64,000 nucleotides of DNA from Scyliorhinus canicula (Eukaryota). Shown here in pieces: positions 38,545 through 48,560 of the stretch. The translations under genes were made by a program, and so were the position numbers. The stretch is taken from contig NW_024055820.1 of the NCBI RefSeq assembly GCF_902713615.1, positions 2,488,107 to 2,552,106 of the forward strand. The letters are read 5' to 3'. Within the stretch, counting starts at the first letter, position 1. The number at the start of each line of letters is the position of its first letter. The notes below the pieces were generated by a model. The model worked only from the letters and a program-made list of their open reading frames with translations, was not told the origin of the DNA and ran no database searches.

Positions 38545-38628
38545 AATAACCTCAGCCGGTACAGGAATTGAACCCGCGCTGCTGGGATCGCTCTTCATCA
38601 CGAACCAGCCGTCCAGCTAACTGAGCTA
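38545..38628 (-). mobile_element. tRNA-derived SINE head (A box TAGCTCAGTTAG, B box GGTTCAATTCC)
   Basis: Similar to the SINE heads at 63860-63935 and 29790-29870. Confidence 0.75.
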
Positions 38629-38930
38629 TGTACATCATAATCCAGCTAACTGAGCTGTGTACGTCACAATCCAGCTAATTGAGCTGTGTACGTCATAATC
38701 CAGCTAACTGAGCGGTGTACGTCACAATCCAGCTAACTGAGCTGTGTACGTCACAGTCCAGCTAACTGAGCTGTGTACGTCACAATCCAGCTAACTGAGC
38801 TGTGTACGTCACAATCCAGCTAACTGAGCTGTGTACGTCACAATCCAGCTAACTGAGCTGTGTACGTCACAATCCAGCTAATTGAGCTGTGTACGTCACA
38901 ATCCAGCTAACTGAGCTGGGTACGTCACAA
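38612..38930. repeat. 29-bp tandem array x11 (TCCAGCTAACTGAGCTGTGTACGTCACAA)
   Basis: Unit starts at 38612, 38641, 38670 ... 38902; 21 AGCT motifs. Confidence 0.97.
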
Positions 38931-39794
38931 TCAACAGCATTCCGCCTGTCACTGAGACCGGGCTGTCTGCAATCCCTCGCACCCCGCCCCGCGCTCCCTG
39001 TTCGTTCCTCCATCTCTCTGCCATTCCGCTGGATCTCTGCACCTTTCACCTGCTCCCTTCACTTTCTTTCAGCTGTCTGCTCTTTTAGACGGCTCTCCGG
39101 CTTTCCCCGACATCTCTGCCTTTTCCTTTGTCTCTCCGCACTTTCCTCCATCTCGTTCTGCTTTGTCCATGCGCTCTTCACTTTTCCCGTTCTTTGGAGT
39201 TTGCCCCGGTTCCTGGTGCTTTCCGCGGTTCTTTCAGTTTTTTGCTATTATTATGCGCGGAATCTTACCGCTTATCGCCCACTCTTTGCAGAGTTTCTTC
39301 CCGATCACTGCAATTCTCTCAGCTCTCTGCACCTTCCACCGGCTCTCGGCACCTTTCCCCTGCTCTCTCTGCTTTCTTCCCGCTCTCTGTCCTTTGCGAC
39401 GGCTCCCTGAGCTTTCCGCAGAATCTCTCCCCTGGCTCCCACATCTCTGTGCTTGCCCCCCTCCTCCCCACCACCAAGTGGCGTGCAGAGGTCTGGTGAT
39501 GCCCGGGGCAAATCTTGATTGTATGCCCCAAAGACTCAAGTATAAGGCCTAATATACTGAGAAATATTATGAGAAAGGAAAACTTTTTGAATATAACTTC
39601 CCGTACCAGCCTCCTGAACAGGCGCTGGAATGTGGCGACTAGGGGCTTTTCACAGTAACTTCAGTGAAGCCTACTTGTGACAATAAGTGATTTTCATTTC
39701 AGTGTAGAGGATGTTCTAAACCGCTGTGTGCAGAGAGCAGTGAATGGTCTCTCCCCAGTGTGAACTCGCTGGTGTCTCAGCAGTTGGGATGAAT

Positions 39795-40021
39795 TTTTTT
39801 TTTTAAATTTAGATTACCCAATTATTTTTTCCAATTAAGGGGCAATTTAGTGTGGCCAATCCACCTACTCTGCACATTTTTGGGTTGTGGGGGCGAAACC
39901 CACACAGACACGGGGAGAATGTGCAAACTCCACACAGACAGTGACCCAGGGCCGCGATTCGAACCTGGGACCTCAGCGCCGTGAGGCAGTTGTGCTAACC
40001 ACTAGGCCACCGTGCTACCCT
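39795..40021 (-). mobile_element. Young SINE (same subfamily) with 15-bp TSD GCAGTTGGGATGAAT
   Basis: TSD at 39780-39794 and 40022-40036. Confidence 0.9.
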
Positions 40022-40199
40022 GCAGTTGGGATGAATGACTAAATCCCTCACCACACAGAGGGCAGGTCAATGGCTTCTCACCTGTATGAACTCACTGATG
40101 TCTCAGCAGGATGGATGGCTGAGTGAATCCCCTCCCACACACACTGCAGGTGAACGGCCTCTTCCCGGAGTGAACTCTCTGGTGTGTCAGCAGGTTGGT

Positions 40200-40545
40200 T
40201 ATAGATAGAACAGTGCAGCACAGAACAGGCCCTTCGGCCCTCAATATTGTGCCGAGCAATGATCACCCCACTCAAACCCACGTATCCACCCTATACCCGT
40301 AACCCCCAACAACCCCCCCCCCCCTTAACCTTACTTTTTAGGACACTATGGACAATTTAGCATGGCCAATCCACCTAACCCTGCACATCTTTGGACTGTG
40401 GGAGGAAACCGGAGCACCCGGAGGAAACCCACGCACATACGGGGAGGACGTGCAGACTCCACACAGACAGTGACCCAGCTGGGAATCGAACCTGGGACCC
40501 TGGAGCTGTGAAGCATTTATGCGAACCACCATGCTACCGAGCTGC
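40200..40545 (-). mobile_element. HE1-like SINE inside the intronic ZNF remnant
   Basis: Reverse complement of the SINE body. Confidence 0.8.
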
Positions 40546-40879
40546 CTAATTGAGAGAATTAGAGAATTGAGAGAATCTCTTCCCACACACAAAGCAGGTG
40601 AACAGCCTCTCCCCAGAGTGAACTCGCTGGTGTGTCAGCAGTTGGGGTGAATGACTGAATCCCTGATCACACTCAGAACTGAGGGAGTGCTGCACTGTCA
40701 GAACAGCCTTCTTTCAAATAAGTTGTTAAACTGAGGCTCTGTCTGTCCCTATTAGGTGGATGTTGAAGATCCCACAGCCACTATTTTGAAGAAGAGCAGG
40801 GGAGTTACCCCCGTGTCCTGGTCAATACTAGGGGCTTTTCACAGTAGCTTCATTTGAAGCCTACTTATGAAATGAAAAT

Positions 40880-41105
40880 CAGGGCAGCACGGTGGCCTAG
40901 TGGTTAGCACAACCGCCTCACGAGCTGAGGTCCCAGGTTCGATCCCGGCTCTGGGTCACTGTCCGTGTGGAGTTTGCACATTCTCCCCGTGTCTGCGTGG
41001 GTTTCGCCCCCACAACCCAAAAATGTGCAGAGTAGGTGGATTGGACACGCTAAATTGCCCCTTAATTGGAAAAAATAATTGGGTAATCTAAATTTTTTTA
41101 AAAAT
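40880..41105 (+). mobile_element. SINE, same short subfamily
   Basis: GGGCAGCACGGTGG head, GGTTCGATCCC B box, T/A-rich tail. Confidence 0.85.
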
Positions 41106-41499
41106 GAAATGAAAATCGCTTATTGTCACATTCCGCATTCGCCACATTCCAGCGCCTGTTTGGGGAGGCTGTTACAGGAATCGAATCGTGCTGCTGGCTT
41201 GCCTTGGTCTGCTTTCAAAGCCAGCAATGTAGCCCTGTGCTAAACAGCCCCTGACAATAAGCGATTTTCATTTCATTTCATGTGTCAAACTGAGGGAGCA
41301 AAGGATGTCAATATTTTTAAGAGAGAGACCTGGGCCAAGCTTTCCAGAGTCTGAACCCTCCCTGGATTCACTTCCTTTCCCTTCAGTTGCTGCAAATGAC
41401 CAATTGATGGTCAGAATGAAAAAAGAAATGGAAAGGCGGAGAAAAGAAAGTGTTTTACTCACAGATGTTGGAGACAGGAGGAAGATTCCTTCGGTGTGA

Positions 41500-41760
41500 A
41501 AGCTCAATTATCACTCACACAAAGCCCGCGCTCTGATTGGCTGGAGAACCACAGTCCCTCCAGTCCTCAATCTTTTTTCATTGGTTAACATCTCAGCACG
41601 CAGATCAGGGGGCGGGACCTTTCCCTGCATGTGAGGAGCTCCCCCTCCCTTGGACATGCGCAGTCCCGGGCCGCCCGCCCGCGTGGCAGATAGAGCGGTT
41701 TCCCCACCGCGGGGGAGTCTGGGAGCTCAGTCACCTCACCCTGACACAAGGTACATGTCG
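41500..41760. promoter_or_regulatory. ZNF-family CpG promoter-like element in the J-Cmu intron
   Basis: ATTGG 41536 and 41580, GC box 41608, NRF1-like ACATGCGCAGT 41654; aligns by eye with 27200-27280. Confidence 0.55.
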
Positions 41761-42179
41761 GTAGTCACTGGATTTGATTGTGACGCCCCCACCTTAGCAA
41801 AACAATTTGTTAAATTCAGGTGGAAAAATGTAGGCATCTGCGTGACATTGGGGAGAGCAATAGCCTCTGATTGATGCCCCCATCCAATGGATGCCCGGGG
41901 CCAACGCACCGTCGCCCCCCCCCCCCCCCTCTGCACGCCACTGCCACCACCCCCTTTCCTGCCCTTTCCCTGCCTTCTTGTTCTTTCTCTCGGTTCCAGC
42001 GCTTTCTCCCGGCTCAGGCGCTTTCTCCCGACTCTCTGAACTATCCCCCGGCTCTCCCCAATCCCGGGCCAACAGACATATCTGGGCACCTCTCGTGATC
42101 ATGTCTCGCCCTAATTCTCTCTTTCTCTCTCGTTCCAGTCATTCCCTCGCTGATTTAGGGACCGTGAATAAGAGAGAAT

Positions 42180-42715
42180 GAAGAGAGTGAGCGAGTAACT
42201 GAGTGAGGGTAGGAGAGTGAGTGCGCGTGAGTGAGTAACTGAGTGAGGGTAGGAGAGTGACTGCAGGTGAGTGGGTAACTGAGTGAGGGTAGGAGAGTCA
42301 GTGTGGGTGAGTGAGTAACTGAGTGAGGGGAGGAGAGTGACTGCGGGTGACTCAGTAACTGAGTGAAGGTAGGAGAGTGAGTGCGGGTGAGTGAGTAACT
42401 GAGTGAGGGCAGGAGAGTGAGTGCGGGTGAGTGAGTAACTGAGTGAGGGTGGGAGAGTGAGTGCGGGTGAGTGAGTAACTGAGTGAGGGTAGGAGAGTGA
42501 GTGTGGGTGAGTGAGTAACTGAGTGAGGGTGGGAGAGTGAGTACGGGTGAGTGAGTAACTGAGTGAGGGTGGGAGAGTGAGTGCGGGTGAGTGGATAACT
42601 GAGTGACGGTAGGAGAGTGAGTGTGTGTGAGTGAGTAACTGAGTGAGGGTAGGAGAGTGAGTGCGGGTGAGTGAGTAACTGAGTGAGGGTAGGGGAGTGA
42701 GTGTGGGTGAGTGAG
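42180..42715. repeat. 40-bp minisatellite (GAGTGAGTAACTGAGTGAGGGTAGGAGAGTGAGTGCGGGT), ~13 copies
   Basis: Direct periodicity. Confidence 0.9.
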
Positions 42716-45700
42716 TTGGGTGATTGAGGATATGAGAGTGTGGATGAGTGGGAGAGAATGGGGGGGTTGACTGAGTGAGGGTAATTGGGTGAGGGTGTGT
42801 CACTGAGGGTGAGTGAGTCATGATGGGTGAGGGACAGTGAGTGAGAGGTGGAAAATAAGTGAGGATGGGTGAGTGAGGCCTGGAGGGTGAGTTTGTGAGT
42901 GAAGTTGTGTGGTGAAGGTGAGTGGGTGAAGGTGGGTGAGGCAGGATTGGTGACTGCGGGTGAGTGAATGGGGAGGGTGAATGAGTGAAGGTCAATGCGT
43001 GAGGGTGAATGAGTGAGAGTGAATAAGTGAGGGTGGTTAAGGCTGTATGAGTGTGGCTGTGAACGAGGTTTGTAACAGAATTAGTGGGTGAACATGGGTG
43101 AGTGAGGGCGTATGAGCGGTGGAGCATGAGTGTGGGTGAGTGAGGGAGCGTATGTGATAATGTTTGAGTGAGTAAGGGTGAATGAGAGAATAAGTGTGGA
43201 TGGGTGAGAATGAGGGAGTGAATGAGAGTGGGTGCATGAGTGAGTAAGGGTGAGAGAGGGAGAGAGGGTGATTTAATGAGGTTGGGTGAGTGATGGTGAG
43301 TGAGTTAATGAGGGTGTGTGTGTGATGGTAAGTGAGTGTGTGTAAGTGACGGTGACTGAGAGCAGGTGAAAAAGTGTGGGTGCATGAGTGTGTGTAAATA
43401 AGGGTGGCATGGGAAATGGTGGGTGAGAGACGCCTTGTGAGGGAGACTGTATGAGTGAGGCTGTGTGAGTGAGGCTGTGTGAGTGAGGGTGTGTGAGTGA
43501 GGCTGTGTGAGTGAGGCTGTGTGAGTGAGGCTGTGTGAGTGAGGCTGTGTAAGAGATGGTGTGTGAGTGAGGGTGTGTGAGTGAGGCTGTGTGAGTGAGT
43601 GTGTGTGAGTGAGGGTGTGTGAGTGAGGCTGTGTGAGTGAGGGTGTGTGAGTGAGGCTGTGTGAGTGAGGCTGTGTGAGTGAGGCTGTGTCAGTGAGGCT
43701 GTGTAAGAGATGGTGTGTGAGTGAGGGTGTGTGAGTGAGGCTGTGTGAGTGAGTGTGTGTGAGTGAGGGTGTGTGAGTGAGGGTGTGTGAGTGAGGCTGT
43801 GTGAGTGAGGGTTTGTGAGTGAGGGTGTGTGAGTGAGGCTGTGTGAGTGAGGCTGTGTGAGTGAGGCTGTGTGTGAGATGCTGTGTGAGTGAGGGTGTGT
43901 GAGTGAGGGTGTGTGAGTGAGGGTGTGTGAGTGAGGCTGTGTGAGTGAGGGTGTGTGAGTGAGCGTGTGTGAGTGAGGCTGTGTGGGTGAGGCTGTGTGA
44001 GGAAGGCTGGGTGAGTGAGGCTGTGTGAGTGAGGCTGTGTGAGTGAGCGTGTGTGTGTGAGGGTGTGTGAGTGAGGCTGTGTGAGTGAGGCTGTGTGAGT
44101 GAGGCTGTGTTAGTGAGGGTGTGTGAGTGAGGGTGTGTGAGTGAGGCTGTGTGAGTGAGGCTGTGTGAGTGAGGCTGTGTGAGTGAGGCTGTGTGAGTGA
44201 GGCTGTGTGAGTGAGGGTGTGTGAGTGAGGGTGTGTGAGTGAGGCTGTGTGAGTGAGGCTGTGTGGGTGAGGCTGTGTGAGTGAGGGTGTGTGAGTGAGG
44301 GTGTGTGAGTGAGGGTGTGTGAGTGAGTCTGTCTGACTGAGGGTGGGTGTGTGAGGCTGTGTGAGTGAGGGTGTGTGAGTGAGGGTGTGTGAGTGAAGGT
44401 GTGTGAGTGAGGGTGTGTGAGTGAGGCTGTGTGAGTGAGGGTGTGTGAGTGAGGCTGTGTGAGTGAGGCTGTGTGAGTGAGGCTGTGTGAGTGAGGGTCT
44501 GAAAGTGAGTGTGTGTGAGTGAGGCTGTGTGAGTGAGGCTGTGTGAGTGAGGGTGTGTGAGTGAGGATGTGTGAGTGAGGATGTGCGAGTGAGGCTGTGT
44601 GTGTGATGCTGTGTGAGTGAGAGTGTGTGAGTGAGGCTGTGTGAGTGAGGCTGTGTGAGTGAGACTGTGTGAGTGAGACTGTGTGAGTGAGGGTGTGTGA
44701 GTGAGGGTGTGTGGGTGAGGCTGTGTGAGTGAGGGTGTGTGAGTGAGGGCGTGTGAGTGAGGGTGTGTGAGTGAGGGTGTGTGAGTGAGGGTGTGTGAGG
44801 GAGGGTGTGTGGGTGAGGCTGTGTGAGGGAGGCTGGGTGAGTGAGGGTGTGTGAGTGAGGGTGTGTGAGTGAGGGTGTGTGAGTGAGGGTGTGTGAGTGA
44901 GGGTGTGTGAGTGAGACTGTGTGAGTAAGGCTGTGTGAGTGAGGGTGTGTGAGTGAGGCTGTGTGAGTGAGACTGTGTGAGTGAGGGTGTGTGAGTGAGG
45001 CTGTGTGAGTGAGGTTGTGTGAGTGAGGATAGTGAGTGAGGCTGTGAGTGAGGCTGTGTGAGTGAGGCTGTGTGAGTGAGGCTGTGTGAGTGAGGGTGTG
45101 TGAGTGAGGGTGTGTGGGTGAGGCTGTGTGAGTGAGGCTGTGTGAGTGAGGATAGTGAGTGAGGCTGTGAGTGAGGCTGTGTGAGTGAGGCTGTGTGAGT
45201 GAGGCTGTGTGAATGAGGCTGTGTGAGTGAGGGTGTGTGAGTCAGGCTGTGTGAGTGAGGCTGTGTGAGTGAGGGTGTGTGGCTGAGGGTGTGTGAGTGA
45301 GGGTGTGTGAGTGAGGCTGTGTGAGTGAGGTGTGAGGGCTGTGTGAGTGAGGGTGTGTGAGTGAGAGTGTGTGAGTGAGGGTGTGTGAGTGAAGCTGTGT
45401 GAGTGAGGGTATGTGAGTGAGGCTGTGTGAGTGAGGGTGTGTGAGTGAGGGTGTGTGAGTGAGAGTGTGTGAGTAAGGGTGTGTGAGTGAGGGTGTGTGA
45501 GTGAGGGGGTGTGAGTGAGGGTGGGTGAGTGAGGGTGTGTGAATGAGGCTGTGTGAGTGAGGCTGTGTGAGTGAGGCTGTGTGAGTGAGGCTGTGTGAGT
45601 GAGGGTAGTGAGTCAGGGTGGGCAAATGCGAGAGGATGGGGGAGTGATGGTGGGTGTTATGTTGAGTGAGTGGGGCTGAGTTAGGGTAGTTTACTGAGGG

Positions 45701-47330
45701 AGGTGAGTGTGAGTGAGAGAGTGAGTGAGTGAGGTGAGTGATTGTGGGCGTCAGTGAGGTTGAGTGAATGAGAGTGGGTGAGTGAAAGTGGGTGTGTGAG
45801 TGTGTTAGTGAGTGTGGGTGACTGAGTGAGGGTAAGTTACTGAATGAGGAGAGTGAGGGTGGGTGGGTGAATGAATGGGGGTGAGGAAGTGAGGACAGTG
45901 TGAGTGAGGGTGAGTGAGCATGGGTGGGTGAGCGTAAGTGAATGAGGGTGAGTGTGTGAGGGTGTGTGACTGAGCGTGAGTACATGAGGGTGGATGAGTG
46001 AGGGTAAGTGAATGAGGGTGAGTGTGTGAGGGTGTGTGACTGAGCGTAGGTAAGTGAGGGTGGGTGGGTTAGTGAGGGTACGTGAATGAGTGTGAGTGTG
46101 TGAGGGTGGGTGAGTGAATCAGTGTCTGTGGCTAAGGTGGAGTGAGGGTGTGTGGATGAGTGGGGTGAATGAGAGTGAGCAATTTAGGTTGGGCTAGCAA
46201 GTGTGAGTCAATAAGTGAGTGAGAGAGATGGTGAGTGAGGGTGTTATAGTGAGTGATGCTGTTTGAGTGAGTGATGGTATGTGAGCGAGTGTGTGTGAGT
46301 GAGACTGTGTGAGTGAGTGAGAGTGGGCGAGGGAGAGTAGGTGAGTGAGAGGGATTCAGGAAGTGTTGTGAGTGCGTCCGAGTGAGTGTGTGTGAGTGAG
46401 GATGTGTGAGTCAGTATGTGTGAGTGAGGATGTGTGAGTGAGGGTGGATGACTGAGGGTGGGTGGGTCAGTGAGGGGTGTGAGTGAGTGAGGGTGTGTGA
46501 GTGAGGGGTGTGAGTGAGTGAGGGTGTGTGAGTGAGGGGTGTGAGTGAGTGAGGGTGTGTGAGTGAGGGGTGTGAGTGAGTGTGGATGAGTGAGGGTGTG
46601 TGAGTGAGGGGTGTGAGTGAGTGAGCGTGTGTGAGTGAGGGTGGATGAGTGAGGGTGGGTGGGTCAGTGAGAGGTGTGAGTGAGTGAGGGTGTGTGAGTG
46701 AGGGTGTGTGAGTGAGGGGTGTGAGTGAGTGAGGGTGTGTGAGTGAGGGTGGGGGTGTGAGTGAGGGGTGTAAGTGAGTGAGGGTGTGAGAGTGAGGGTG
46801 GGGGTGTGAGTGAGGGGTGTGAGTGAGTGAGGATGTGTGAGTGAGGGTGTGTGAGTGAGGGTGTGTGAATGAGGGTGTGTGAGTGAGGAGGGTGTGTGAG
46901 TGAGGGGTGTGAGTGAGTGAGGGTGTGTGAGCGAGGACGTGTGAGTGAGTGTGTGTGAGTGAGGATGTGTGAGTGAGGGTGGATGAGTGAGGGTGGGTGG
47001 GTCAGTGAGGGATGTGAGTGAGGGAGGGTGTGTGAGTGAGGGTGTGTGAGTGAGGGGTGTGAGTGAGTGAAGGTGTGTGAGTGAGGGTGTGTGAGTGAGT
47101 GAGGGTGTGTGAGTGAGTGAGGGTGTGATTGAGTGAGGGTGTGTGAGTGAGTGAGGCTGTGTGAGTGAGGGTGTGTGAGCGAGTGAGGGTGTGGGAGTGA
47201 GTGAGGGTGTGTGAGTGAGGATGTGTGAGTGAGGGGTGTGAGTGAGTGAGGGTGTGTGAGTGAGGGTGGGGATGTAAGTGAGGGGTGTGAGTGAGGGTGT
47301 GTGAGTGAGGGTGTGTGAGTGAGGGTGTGT
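42716..47330. repeat. GTGA-based satellite, core 14-bp unit GTGTGAGTGAGG(C/G)T (43450-45600) with degenerate flanks
   Basis: Direct periodicity. Confidence 0.95.
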
Positions 47331-47619
47331 CAGAAAGAGACAGAATGTGGGGGCGCGTTTGTGTGTTTCTGAGAACGTGTGATGGAGTATTTACATAGAA
47401 TTTACAGTGCAGAAGGAGGCCATTCAGCCCATCGTGTCTGCACCAGCTCTTGGAAAGAGCACCCTACCCAAGGTCAACAACTCTACTCTATCCCCAGAAC
47501 CCAGTAACCCCACTCAACACTAAGGGCAATTTTGGACACTAAGGGCAATTTAGCATGGCCAATCCACCTAACCTGCACATCTTTGGACTGTGGGAGGAAG
47601 CCGGAGCACCCGGTGCTCA

Positions 47620-48560
47620 CGAGAGAAATAAGTGTTTGTGTGAGTATGTGTGTGTTTGTGTATGAGAGTGTGCATGTGCGAAAGAGAGAGATTGTGGGTG
47701 AGAGAGACACGTGACACAGTGTGCCTGAGAGAGAGCAGATGAGAGAATGTATGTGTGTGACAGGTTGCGTGTGAGTGTCTGTGGAAGTGTGTGTGAGAGA
47801 AAGGGAGAGAGATACAGTAGTATGTTTGAGATTATGTGTGTGAAAGAAGGAATGATTATGTTTGAAGAGCGATTATGGATGTGAGACTGTGTGTGGGAGA
47901 GAGAGATCTGTGTGTCTGAGATAGTGTGTCTGCCATAGAGAGGGAGTGTGTGAGAGAAAGAATGTGCATCTGAGAGAGTGTGTGTGTCAGAGAGAGAGCG
48001 AATGTGTGAGAGAGAGTGTGAGATACCGCATGCCTGAAAGAGAGAGATAGATTGTGTGTCATAGAGAGAATGAGACCGTGTCCATGAGAGAGAGAGAGAG
48101 AGGGCATGTGCCAGGGTGCACGTGTGAGAGTGCGTGAGAGCGAGAGGATAATAATATGTTGACGAGTTTGTGTGCGTCTGAGATATTGTGTCTGTGTGTA
48201 TAAGAGGGAATATGTGTGAGAGAGAGCCTGAAAGAAAAAATGCTACATTTGAAGAGCGATTATGCATGTATGTGAGGGAGCGAGACGGTCTGTGTGTCTG
48301 AGAGTGTGAGAGAGAGAGAGGCAAGGTGTGTCAGAGATTTGGTGAAAGAGAGTGCGTGTGAGATAGAGCGTGTGTGAGTGAGAGAGCGTGTGAGTGACAG
48401 ATCATCACAGTGTGTCTGAGAATGAGATTGTGAGTGTGTGATTGCGTGCGAGGCACAGTGTGTATGTTTGAAAGAAGTATTGTGATTATGTGTGTGAGAG
48501 AATGAGTTTGTGTGAGGATGTGAGAGAATGTGTGTAAGAGAGCGAGAGTATGTATGTGTT
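47620..48560. repeat. GA/GT low-complexity tract
   Basis: Degenerate (GA)n/(GT)n. Confidence 0.8.

Larger units (their letters stand above)
39705..40680 (-). pseudogene. Decayed C2H2 finger array inside the J-Cmu intron, split by two SINEs
   Basis: Repeated CTCTCCCCAGTGTGAACTCGCTGGTG (HQRVHTGER antisense) at ~39750, 40160, 40610. Confidence 0.75.

Noticed and set aside
38612-38930. CRISPR-like 29-bp repeats
   Set aside because: Units are head-to-tail with no spacers, the context is eukaryotic, and there are no cas genes
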